Shown here: positions 26,395 through 34,709 of the stretch, one piece after another
Numbering within the stretch: the first letter of the stretch is position 1
Layout: each line of letters opens with the position of its first letter
Origin: Ilumatobacteraceae bacterium
Lineage (GTDB): Bacteria; Actinomycetota; Acidimicrobiia; Acidimicrobiales; Ilumatobacteraceae
Length of the DNA: 64,000 bases
NCBI GenBank assembly: GCA_965230015.1
Contig: CBDDKF010000015.1
Coordinates: forward strand, 47,393 to 111,392
Direction: 5' to 3'
Program-made: the position numbers and the translations under genes
The notes under the pieces: generated by a model
Database searches by the model: none
What the model saw: only the letters and a program-made list of their open reading frames with translations
Told to the model about the DNA's origin: nothing

Positions 26395-27270
26395 TCACGG
26401 GCGCGACGGGAAGATCCCCACCGCGCAGATCGTGTAGGTCAACCCGTTCGGCGCAGCCGCGCGCAGGTCCGGTACGGCAAACACCGTCATTGCATCACCG
26501 CCGTAGAGCGTTCCGAGCAGCGCGTACAGCGCCTGGTAGCTGTTGATCGGGAGCAGCTGTCCGTTCGCCAGGACTTGTCCGTGCGAGGTCGTTCCCGCGG
26601 TCAGGATGATCTCTCCGAGCGTGCATTCGCCGCCAGAACCAGCGGCGGCCACCTCGGTATTCGTCCCGAACACGTCGGCGCCTGGACCCGGAGGTCCTGG
26701 GGGGCCAGCGGGGCCGGGGACACCAGCGGTCGCCGACAACTCGCTGAGCGACGATCCCGAGTAGAAGCCGACCACGTCGGCCAACACGTTGACGGTGCCG
26801 TTCTGGTTGAACAGGGTGATCTGGCCGTCGGTCGACAACTTGACATCGACCTTGTTCGGCGTGGGCGATTGGCCCGGCAACCAGTTCAGGCTCGACACGG
26901 TGGGCACCTCGGTCACGTCCGACGGGTAGATGCGTAGGTTCGACTGCGCGGTCGGATCGGTGATGGTCACGTTCATCGCGACGGCGATGGCCGACGACGG
27001 GATCGAACAGTTGCCGACATCGCCGGTCACCTGCTGCACGTGGACGTTCGACTCGCCCGCGGCCAACGGTGTCTTCTTGTCGCCGTCGGGCTCGGCACCC
27101 GGCCGGAAGTCGAACAGGCGGCACGGCTCGATCGGGAACAGGGTGGCATCCTCGTCGCCGGGAGCGGCCCCCGCCGACCACGGCTCGACGACGAGCAGCG
27201 CGCACACCAGCGCCAACACTCCGGTACTCGCCATCCAGGCGATGCTCGGGATACGGGAAAGACGGTCCAT
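26395..27270 (-). CDS. Secreted protein: conserved N-terminal domain (paralogous to the two genes at 28.9-31.8 kb) + short collagen-like GPx run + C-terminal phage tail-collar-like domain
   Basis: Signal/anchor IAWMASTGVLALVCALLVV. The N-domain runs …AVAMNVTITDPTAQSNLRIYPSD…PNKVDVKLSTDGQITLFNQNGTVNVLADVVGFYS. Then GVPGPAGPPGPPGPG, and a tail-collar-like C-terminus GEIILTAG…LANGQLLPINSYQALYALLGTLYGGD…FAVPDLR. Start at ATG 27270. Confidence 0.7.
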   Translation of the reverse strand: MDRLSRIPSIAWMASTGVLALVCALLVVEPWSAGAAPGDEDATLFPIEPCRLFDFRPGAEPDGDKKTPLAAGESNVHVQQVTGDVGNCSIPSSAIAVAMNVTITDPTAQSNLRIYPSDVTEVPTVSSLNWLPGQSPTPNKVDVKLSTDGQITLFNQNGTVNVLADVVGFYSGSSLSELSATAGVPGPAGPPGPPGPGADVFGTNTEVAAAGSGGECTLGEIILTAGTTSHGQVLANGQLLPINSYQALYALLGTLYGGDAMTVFAVPDLRAAAPNGLTYTICAVGIFPSRP

Positions 27271-27390
27271 GGTCGACTCCTCCAGTACGGACAGCCGGAC
27301 CCCACGCCGGCTGTCGTCGAGCGACAGCCTGTCACGCCACACACCACCCCCGAACCAGCTCCGGTCCTGATCCACCCGCTCGCCGAAAAA

Positions 27391-27433
27391 CCGGGGATTT
27401 CATGCGCCTGGCGCATGATGTCGCGAACAGAAC
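27391..27433 (+). repeat. 43-nt repeat element, copy a (CCGGGGATT-palindrome-CGCGAACAGAAC)
   Basis: CCGGGGATTTCATGCGCCTGGCGCATGATGTCGCGAACAGAAC. The internal perfect palindrome TCATGCGCC-T-GGCGCATGA is at 27400-27418. The element ends 41 nt upstream of ATG 27474. Confidence 0.8.
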
Positions 27434-27473
27434 GGGGGGTTGTCCGGTGACCGTGCGGTGCCGATACAGATGT

Positions 27474-28472
27474 ATGGGAGATCGCACAAGCGGGCGAGTC
27501 GGCGCGGTGCTGGTTGCTGCCGCGGCGCTGATGATCTCGGTTGTCGCAGTCGCCGCACCGACACGTGTTGACGGTCCAGCGAGCGTGACCGAACGAGCGG
27601 TGCGCCTCGGCGTGCAGGGTGGACCGACGATCGCTGGTTGTCCAGTGTTCCCGTCGGACAACGCCTGGAACACACCGATCGACGGCGCTCCGCTCCATCC
27701 GCGCAGCGACTCGATGATCGCCACGATCCACGACAACGGTGGCGACTTCCTGCATCCTGACTTCGGCGAGAACCCCAACTACGGGATTCCGTTCGTGGTG
27801 GTCCCCGAGTCGCAGACACCGGTGCCGATCACCTACGACGCCTACGGCAGCGAGAGCGATCCGGGCCCCTTTCCCATCCCGCTCGACGCGCCCATCGAAG
27901 GAGAGCCGGGCGCAACGAGCGGGGATCGGCACGTCATCGCCGTGCAACGCGGCACATGCGAACTGTTCGAGCTGTACGTCGCTCGACCCTCGAGCACTGG
28001 ATGGACCGCCGCGTCTGGCGCACGGTTCAACCTCCGGTCCAACGATCTCCGCCCACTCGGTTGGACCAGTGCTGACGCTGCGGGCCTCCCGATCTTCCCC
28101 GGACTGGTCCGCTACGAGGAGGTCGCCGCGGGCGAGATCCGCCATGCGATCCGCGTGACCTTCAGTCGCACCCAACGCGGCTACATCCTCCCGGCGACGC
28201 ACTTCGCGTCGAACGACACCAACCCCGATCTGCCACCGATGGGGCTGCGCCTACGGCTCAAGTCGAGCTACGACATAGACCAGCTCACCGGCCAGGCACG
28301 GGTGATCGCCACGGCAATGCAGCGCTACGGGTTGATCGTGGCCGACAACGGATCGAACTGGTACTTCCAAGGAGCCCCGAGCCCCGGTTGGGACGACGAC
28401 GACCTCAACCAGCTGAAGAGCGTGCCCGGCACCGCGTTCGAGGTGGTCGATACCGGGCCAGTGCGTCGCTAA
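27474..28472 (+). CDS. Secreted hypothetical protein (332 aa)
   Basis: Signal-like N-terminus RVGAVLVAAAALMISVVAVAAP. The rest is coding-like with no motif I can name. ATG 27474 is chosen within the longer ORF 27069-28472. Confidence 0.55.
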   Translation: MGDRTSGRVGAVLVAAAALMISVVAVAAPTRVDGPASVTERAVRLGVQGGPTIAGCPVFPSDNAWNTPIDGAPLHPRSDSMIATIHDNGGDFLHPDFGENPNYGIPFVVVPESQTPVPITYDAYGSESDPGPFPIPLDAPIEGEPGATSGDRHVIAVQRGTCELFELYVARPSSTGWTAASGARFNLRSNDLRPLGWTSADAAGLPIFPGLVRYEEVAAGEIRHAIRVTFSRTQRGYILPATHFASNDTNPDLPPMGLRLRLKSSYDIDQLTGQARVIATAMQRYGLIVADNGSNWYFQGAPSPGWDDDDLNQLKSVPGTAFEVVDTGPVRR

Positions 28473-28918
28473 CCGTGCCCCTCAGCTGGTCGGCGCGGCG
28501 GGAACAGTCGCACCACGAGGTACACCACCACGAACGGCAACCCGAAGCGAAAGGCCGTGACGAGCAAGGTCAGCGCGAAGTCCTGACCTGAGCCGATCAC
28601 GTCGGCAACTTCGACCTCACGACCGTCGGTGAATACGCACGCCGCAGGTTGACCACCGGTGGTGAAGCTGCCGTCGCCCTGCTGAATTGAGGCCACGTCG
28701 CCCTCCCGTCCGCACAACGGTTCGTAGACCACCCTGTTCACGACCCACGTCGCGCCGAGCACGATCGGCACGTACGCGATCACGAAGAAGCCGAGAATCC
28801 AGATCGCACGTCGAGCACTCGGATGGGCGCCACCGCCTCCCGAGCCGCTTGCTGCAGCGACTCCCTCGGCCTCGGCCCGCTCGTCGGCGTCGAGGCCCTC
28901 GTACGGATCGTTGCTCAC
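28469..28918 (-). CDS. Small membrane protein (149 aa, two predicted TM helices), translationally coupled to the upstream fibre-protein gene
   Basis: GTG 28918 overlaps the upstream TGA (GTGA). Hydrophobic segments are IWILGFFVIAYVPIVLGATWVV and FALTLLVTAFRFGLPFVVVYLVV. Confidence 0.55.
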   Translation of the reverse strand: MSNDPYEGLDADERAEAEGVAAASGSGGGGAHPSARRAIWILGFFVIAYVPIVLGATWVVNRVVYEPLCGREGDVASIQQGDGSFTTGGQPAACVFTDGREVEVADVIGSGQDFALTLLVTAFRFGLPFVVVYLVVRLFPPRRPAEGHG

Positions 28919-30417
28919 AGCGGACCCCCAGGGCCTTCGCCACAGACCCGAGCCACGTTGGCCACCGAGCACGTGACACCGTCGCCACCGGCGATCGACT
29001 CGTTCCCACCGTTGGCCTCGTTCAACAACCCGCCAGCGACCGCCGAGTTCTGAGCCGAGGCCGTGTTGTTCGAACCACCGACTACCGACGACGCGGTCCC
29101 GGTGGCCTGATTGGCATTGCCACCAGACACCGACGCGCTCTCGCCCGAGGCCACGCTGAAGTTGCCGCCAGACACCGACGCGTAGTCCCCGGCTGCCGTG
29201 TTGTGATCGCCGCCCACTACCGATGACTGTTGGCCACTGGCGATGTTGCTATTGCCACCAGACACCGATGCACCGCGCCCGGTAGCGGCGTTTCCGATCC
29301 CACCTGACACGGTTGCATGTTCAGCCGACGCGGCGTTGAAGGAGCCGCCAACCACGGCAGCTCCGGACTGCGATGCTTCGTTGTTGACGCCCCCGAACAC
29401 CGCGGCAAACAGACCAGACGCGGCATTGTTGCGACCACCAGCGATCGACGAGAGCGCATCGCCTGCGGTGTTGCCAAACCCACCGGCAACGGTCGCACCA
29501 TCTCCGGACGCCGCATTCGCCACCCCACCAACGACACTCGCATACGGCCCGCTGACCGTGTTCCCTGAGCCGCCGAGCAGACCCGAGAAGCTGGTCCAGT
29601 CGTGGTCGAAGCCGACCACGAGGTTGTGGCTGCCACTGCGCGTTTCAGGTGTGCCCGGGTCCTCGTTGTAGCCAATCATTAGATTTCCGACGCCATTGCA
29701 CGCCTCGAAGCCGATTGCGTTGCACTCGGTGTTGTTGCTGCCGTCGACGACCTGCACATTGACACCGCTGAAGCGGACCGTGCGGTGGCCCTCGACATCG
29801 AGCACGGTGACGTCGGCGAGCTTCGCTTCGAGCGCCGCGATCCTCGAGTCTTGTTCGGCGAGTCGGGTGTGGAGTTCGCTGAGGCTGGCCGTGGAGTAGT
29901 AGCCGACCACATCACCCACCACCGACACCTGACCGTTCTGGTTGAACAACTTGATCGCCCCCGACGGCGACAACGACACATCCACCTTGTTCGGAAACGG
30001 CGCCTGACCCGCCGAGAAGTTCAAGTTGGAGATCAACGGCACCTCGGTCAGATCCGCCGGAAACAACCGCAGATTCGACTGCGCCGTCGGACCCACCGCA
30101 GTGACATTCATCGCCACCCCCACCGCATCGCCCGGGATCGCCAACTCCCCCACACACTCACCAACACCACCGGTGATCTGCTGCACAAACACCTCACCAG
30201 CACCCAACGGCTCAGACCGCGGACCCACCTGATTCGGCGCCGGCCGATAATCGAACGCTCGACACCCCGCCGTCGGCACAAACGTCGCATCCGAATCACC
30301 CGGCGCGGCATCCACCCGCCACGCCGCCAACAACGCAACGAGTGCGGCGATCCCAGAAGCCACGACGAGCCCGATCAACAGCCGTCGAACGCCGACGGTC
30401 GAGACCGCCGCGCCCAT
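28915..30417 (-). CDS. Secreted/anchored fibre-like protein B: N-terminal conserved domain + coiled-coil neck + 15-residue SVSGGxxNxAxGxxS beta-roll repeats (YadA-head/tail-fibre-like)
   Basis: ATG 30417 shares one base with the stop of the upstream paralog. Anchor LLIGLVVASGIAALVALLAA. Neck LSELHTRLAEQDSRIAALEAKLADV. There are more than 12 repeats such as ASVSGGNSNIASGQQ / SSVVGGDHNTAAGDY / ASVSGGNANQATGTA. The Cys-containing C-terminus is GGDGVTCS…ARVCGEGPGGPL. Confidence 0.7.
   Translation of the reverse strand: MGAAVSTVGVRRLLIGLVVASGIAALVALLAAWRVDAAPGDSDATFVPTAGCRAFDYRPAPNQVGPRSEPLGAGEVFVQQITGGVGECVGELAIPGDAVGVAMNVTAVGPTAQSNLRLFPADLTEVPLISNLNFSAGQAPFPNKVDVSLSPSGAIKLFNQNGQVSVVGDVVGYYSTASLSELHTRLAEQDSRIAALEAKLADVTVLDVEGHRTVRFSGVNVQVVDGSNNTECNAIGFEACNGVGNLMIGYNEDPGTPETRSGSHNLVVGFDHDWTSFSGLLGGSGNTVSGPYASVVGGVANAASGDGATVAGGFGNTAGDALSSIAGGRNNAASGLFAAVFGGVNNEASQSGAAVVGGSFNAASAEHATVSGGIGNAATGRGASVSGGNSNIASGQQSSVVGGDHNTAAGDYASVSGGNFSVASGESASVSGGNANQATGTASSVVGGSNNTASAQNSAVAGGLLNEANGGNESIAGGDGVTCSVANVARVCGEGPGGPL
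29864..30332. repeat. 469-bp direct repeat, copy 1 (1 mismatch versus 31276-31744)
   Basis: Constant offset of 1412 bp, shown by identical ORF-track entries (29912-30157 = 31324-31569; 30026-30232 = 31438-31644). The single mismatch is at 30307/31719. Covers the N-terminal domain coding region of fibre gene B. Confidence 0.9.
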
Positions 30418-31826
30418 CACAACGGCCCTCCGAGCCCGTCGCCGCACACGCGGGCACCCAGGGCGAAGCTGCACGTGACGCCGTCGCCACCGGCGACCGA
30501 GTCGTTCTCGCCGGTTGCCTGGTTCATGAATCCACCGGACACCGAGGTGCGCTCACCGCCGGCTGTGTTGTTGGCACCACCGGAGACCGACGATGCGGTG
30601 TTGACCGCGTCGTTGTTCGATCCACCCGACACCGACGCTCCGGTGCTCGTCGCCTCGTTGTTCAGGCCGCCGGACACCGAGGAATGCACACCTGACGCGG
30701 CGTTGCCATTCCCTCCCGACACCGAAGCGCCGTTGCTCCCAGCGGTGTTGTCACGTCCGCCGCTCACCGACGACCAAAAGGCGTTCGCCTCGTTGTCGCG
30801 ACCTCCCGAGATCGACGACGCCTGCGACGTGGCGGTGTTCCCGTAACCGCCGAGGACACTCGCGTAGCTCCCCTCGGTTGCGTTGACCGCGCCACCCGTC
30901 ACGACCGTTGCGGTGCCGCCGGCGGTGTTGCTGTTACCGCCGAGCACGTTCGAATACGGGCCCTCGATCGTGTTGAACGATCCGGCGACGATCCCGCCGT
31001 AGCTGACCCAGCTGTTATGAGTCCCGACCACGAGGTTGTGACTACCGCTTCGCACAGCGGGCAGGTTCGCGTCTTCGTTGTAGCCGATGATCAGGTTGCC
31101 AACACTTGTGCAGCTCTCCGGGAAGGTTCCGCCACACGGCGTGGATCCCCTTCCATCGACGACTTGCACGTTTACTCCCGAGAACCGGAGCGTGTCGATG
31201 CCGTCGACCTCGAGTCGGCTGACACCTTCGAGCCGGCCGAGCAAGGTGTCGAGCTCGGCCTCCACAGCGTTGAGCCGGGTGTGGAGTTCGCTGAGGCTGG
31301 CCGTGGAGTAGTAGCCGACCACATCACCCACCACCGACACCTGACCGTTCTGGTTGAACAACTTGATCGCCCCCGACGGCGACAACGACACATCCACCTT
31401 GTTCGGAAACGGCGCCTGACCCGCCGAGAAGTTCAAGTTGGAGATCAACGGCACCTCGGTCAGATCCGCCGGAAACAACCGCAGATTCGACTGCGCCGTC
31501 GGACCCACCGCAGTGACATTCATCGCCACCCCCACCGCATCGCCCGGGATCGCCAACTCCCCCACACACTCACCAACACCACCGGTGATCTGCTGCACAA
31601 ACACCTCACCAGCACCCAACGGCTCAGACCGCGGACCCACCTGATTCGGCGCCGGCCGATAATCGAACGCTCGACACCCCGCCGTCGGCACAAACGTCGC
31701 ATCCGAATCACCCGGCGCCGCATCCACCCGCCACGCCGCCAACACGACCGCCGCAACAACGGCCCCGATCATCGCTGCGGTGACCAACCAGACCACCGAC
31801 CGCACTCGAACTACTGCTGCGGACAT
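30417..31826 (-). CDS. Secreted/anchored fibre-like protein A (paralog of 28915-30417)
   Basis: ATG 31826 is preceded by GGAGGGA. Anchor VVWLVTAAMIGAVVAAVVLAA. The N-domain is identical to paralog B. Neck LSELHTRLNAVEAELDTLLGRLEG. Repeats include SSISGGRDNEANAFW / SSVSGGRDNTAGSNG / ASVSGGNGNAASGVH. The C-terminus is GGDGVTCSFALGARVCGDGLGGPL. Confidence 0.7.
   Translation of the reverse strand: MSAAVVRVRSVVWLVTAAMIGAVVAAVVLAAWRVDAAPGDSDATFVPTAGCRAFDYRPAPNQVGPRSEPLGAGEVFVQQITGGVGECVGELAIPGDAVGVAMNVTAVGPTAQSNLRLFPADLTEVPLISNLNFSAGQAPFPNKVDVSLSPSGAIKLFNQNGQVSVVGDVVGYYSTASLSELHTRLNAVEAELDTLLGRLEGVSRLEVDGIDTLRFSGVNVQVVDGRGSTPCGGTFPESCTSVGNLIIGYNEDANLPAVRSGSHNLVVGTHNSWVSYGGIVAGSFNTIEGPYSNVLGGNSNTAGGTATVVTGGAVNATEGSYASVLGGYGNTATSQASSISGGRDNEANAFWSSVSGGRDNTAGSNGASVSGGNGNAASGVHSSVSGGLNNEATSTGASVSGGSNNDAVNTASSVSGGANNTAGGERTSVSGGFMNQATGENDSVAGGDGVTCSFALGARVCGDGLGGPL
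31276..31744. repeat. 469-bp direct repeat, copy 2
   Basis: See copy 1. Covers the N-terminal domain coding region of fibre gene A. Confidence 0.9.
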
Positions 31827-31887
31827 CCCCGCTCCCTCCACGTCACGGCGCCGCCGATCGGCGCCGGTGCCAGGGAAACGGAGCGAC

Positions 31888-31905
31888 TGCTCAGACGCCT
31901 GAGCA
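31888..31905. promoter_or_regulatory. Palindrome TGCTCAG-acgc-CTGAGCA between fibre operon (-) and LuxR/LAL gene (+)
   Basis: 7-bp inverted repeat with 4-bp spacer, read directly in the 136-bp divergent gap. Confidence 0.35.
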
Positions 31906-31962
31906 ACCGTTACTCAATGTGTGAAATCCACCCGTCGGCAGGTCCCGTAGCATCGACGAGCG

Positions 31963-34587
31963 GTGGGGGTCATCGGTCGAGACGAGGAGCTGACGAGGGC
32001 ATTGGCCGCGCTGACGGCAGCACCCGGATGTCTCGTGCTCACCGGAACAGCAGGTGTCGGCAAGACCCACCTCGCTGGCGCGATCGGGGCGCAACTCGCC
32101 TCCCAAGGCCACTCCGTGTCGCGTGTGGTCGGCACGCGCACCGCAGCATCGGTGCCCCTCGGCGCACTCGCGCCATTGCTGCCGACGATGCCGGCAAACC
32201 CCGACATCGAGAACGCGGCTGCGGGTGCCGGCACGCTGATGATGCTGCAACATGCGATCGGCAGCTTGACCGGCGACAACGACGGCCACCGGCGCGTGCT
32301 GATCATCGACGACGCGCAGCACCTCGACCCGACGTCGGCGATCGTCGTGTCACAGCTCAGCGTCGACGGCCAGGTCACCACCATCCTCACGATGCGCAGC
32401 GGCGACGCCACGCCCGAGCCGATCACCGCGCTCAGCAGGAGCGGCTCGACGATACGCATCGACCTCGATCCGCTCGACGAAGTCCAGAGCGGCACACTCG
32501 CCGCAGCGCTGCTCGGCGGCCCCCTCGACGGGGGCGCATCCCACCGCCTGTACTCGCTCGGGTTGGGAAACCCGCTGTACCTCGAGGAACTCATTGCCAG
32601 CGCACGACGCGACCATGCGCTCGTCCAATCCGACGGCGTATGGCGTCTGGTCGACGAGTGGCGGCCCGCCATCCACGGTGGGCGCGTCGCCGACCTCGTG
32701 CGCGCCCGACTCGACGAGCTCACCGACGACGAACGCGAGCGCCTGGAACTGCTGGCGCTGTCGGAGCCCGTGGACCTCGACCGCGCCGAACGCTTGGTCG
32801 AGCCGGCCACGCTGGAGGCGCTGGAGATGGCCGACCTCATCGCCATCAAAGACGGGCGCGTCGAGATCCGTCACCCACTCGTCGGCGAGGTGGTGCGGTC
32901 GAGCATCGCCGTCACCCGCCGCAAGCGGCTCTACGCGACGTTGGCCGCACACTCCGATCCAGACACCGACGACGACATCGGGATGATGCAGCACGCGCTG
33001 TGGGTGCTCGAGTCCGAAGTCGTCGACCGCGAACTCTTCGCGGCGGCCACCAAGTTCGCCCGGTTCGCCGACAACTACGCGCTCGGGCTGCGCTTCGCCG
33101 AGGCGATCGTGGCCAATGGCGAACACCTCGAGGCGACCGTGCTGGCCGGCGAGATGGCCTATCAACTGGGCGACTTCGCGGCCAGCGAAACGTGGCTGCG
33201 GCGAGCGGCCGATATCGCCAGCGGTCCCGACGAGGAAGCGCTGGTGGTGATCAATCAACTCTCGACGGTGTACTGGGGCCTCGCCGACTGGGAGGCATGC
33301 ACCGCCCTGGTCGACGACTTCCGCCGCCGGCATCCGCAGAGCGATTGGGCCGACGACCTCGAAGGGCTGGTTGCCAGCCAGTGCATGTTCAACGGCGAAC
33401 CCGACGCCGCGCTGGCACGACTCGATGGTCTGCGTCGACGCAGCGACCAACGCGCACGCGTGGAGGTTGCGTTCGTCACCGCGCCAGCACTGGGTCAGAA
33501 AGGGCAGGTCGGTGAGGCACTGGAGATCGCCGCGCGCGGCTTCGCCGAGCACGCGCAGCTCGGCGAACAGGTCGGCCTGGGCGCATCGGGCAATCACGTG
33601 TTGACGACGTTGAGCGTGCAGTCGAATGGCGGGCTGCTCGCAGAGGCGGAAGAGCTGGGTGCGGCGATGTACGACGCCGTCCGCCGCTCGTGGCAGCCCC
33701 TGGCGATCGTGATCGTGTGCTACACCAACGGCCGCACTGCGCTGGCCCAGGGCAGACCGGCCACGGCAGCCCGGTGGTTCCGCGAAGGCGCGGCGAACGC
33801 CCGCTCGGCGCTGTATCGCGATCCGCTGCGATGGTGTCTCGGTGGCCTCGCCCTGGCGCTGGCCCGAGTCGGCGACGACGAAGGTGGCAACGATGCGTTG
33901 GCGGAAGCCGCCGACCTCGACGGGCTCGCCCGCCTTGCCGACATCGACATGCAGCGCGCCACCGCCATGTTGCGCGTGAACCGAGGCGACGTGAGCGGTG
34001 CGGCGGCCGAGTTGGTCGCTCACGCTGCTCGGTGGCGAGCTGCCGGCCATGCGATCAACGAAGCTCAGGCCCTCCACGAGTTGATCTCGATCGGTGAACC
34101 GCAGCTGGCCAGCGAACGGCTCGCCGCGCTGGCCCAGCAGAGCGACGCCGCCTCGATCACCGTTCCCGCGGCCCATGCGGCAGCCGCGTCGGCCGGCGAT
34201 GTCGATGCACTCGAGGCAGTCGCTGCCGAGTACGACGCATACGGCGCGACGTTCGCCGCGGCCGAGGCGCTCGCCGCGGCTGCCCACCACGCCCGAGCGG
34301 CCGGCGAGGTGCGCCGGGCGACGGGACTCACCGCGCGATCGCGGGCACTGGCCGACGCATGCGAGGGATCGATCAACCCGGTGCTGATGACCGGCGACGA
34401 GCCGACGCCGTTGACCAAGCGCGAACGGGAGATCGCCTTGCTGGCCGCCAACGGGATGCGCAGCAAGCAGATCGCCGAGACGCTCACCGTGTCGGTGCGC
34501 ACCGTCGACAACCACCTGCAGAGCGTGTACACCAAACTCGGCATCAACGACCGCTCCGAACTCGCCCACGCGCTCACTCCATCCTGA
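31963..34587 (+). CDS. LAL-type (large ATP-binding LuxR family, MalT-like) transcriptional regulator
   Basis: N-terminal Walker A LTGTAGVGKTHLAG, Walker B VLIIDDAQHLD, and a long helical/TPR-like middle. C-terminal LuxR HTH is LTKREREIALLAANGMRSKQIAETLTVSVRTVDNHLQSVYTKLGI. GTG start. Confidence 0.85.
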   Translation: MGVIGRDEELTRALAALTAAPGCLVLTGTAGVGKTHLAGAIGAQLASQGHSVSRVVGTRTAASVPLGALAPLLPTMPANPDIENAAAGAGTLMMLQHAIGSLTGDNDGHRRVLIIDDAQHLDPTSAIVVSQLSVDGQVTTILTMRSGDATPEPITALSRSGSTIRIDLDPLDEVQSGTLAAALLGGPLDGGASHRLYSLGLGNPLYLEELIASARRDHALVQSDGVWRLVDEWRPAIHGGRVADLVRARLDELTDDERERLELLALSEPVDLDRAERLVEPATLEALEMADLIAIKDGRVEIRHPLVGEVVRSSIAVTRRKRLYATLAAHSDPDTDDDIGMMQHALWVLESEVVDRELFAAATKFARFADNYALGLRFAEAIVANGEHLEATVLAGEMAYQLGDFAASETWLRRAADIASGPDEEALVVINQLSTVYWGLADWEACTALVDDFRRRHPQSDWADDLEGLVASQCMFNGEPDAALARLDGLRRRSDQRARVEVAFVTAPALGQKGQVGEALEIAARGFAEHAQLGEQVGLGASGNHVLTTLSVQSNGGLLAEAEELGAAMYDAVRRSWQPLAIVIVCYTNGRTALAQGRPATAARWFREGAANARSALYRDPLRWCLGGLALALARVGDDEGGNDALAEAADLDGLARLADIDMQRATAMLRVNRGDVSGAAAELVAHAARWRAAGHAINEAQALHELISIGEPQLASERLAALAQQSDAASITVPAAHAAAASAGDVDALEAVAAEYDAYGATFAAAEALAAAAHHARAAGEVRRATGLTARSRALADACEGSINPVLMTGDEPTPLTKREREIALLAANGMRSKQIAETLTVSVRTVDNHLQSVYTKLGINDRSELAHALTPS

Positions 34588-34608
34588 AGTACCGGGGTTC
34601 CTGAAACA

Positions 34609-34651
34609 CCGGGGATTCCAGGCGCCAGGCGCTGGATTTCGCGAACAGAAC
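34609..34651 (+). repeat. 43-nt repeat element, copy b
   Basis: CCGGGGATTCCAGGCGCCAGGCGCTGGATTTCGCGAACAGAAC. A partial extra head, CCGGGGTTCC, is at 34592-34601. It lies between the LuxR stop and the patatin start. Confidence 0.8.
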
Positions 34652-34709
34652 CAGTTCGGGCGGTCCACGTGTCGTGGGAACATGGTGGGACGACCACGGG
34701 AGGCCCGCC

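Noticed and set aside
28915-31826. Periodic repeats that could be mistaken for a CRISPR array or non-coding satellite.
   Set aside because: The 45-nt periodicity is in-frame and imperfect, encoding SVSGGxxNxAxGxxS units. There is no repeat-spacer structure and there are no cas genes.
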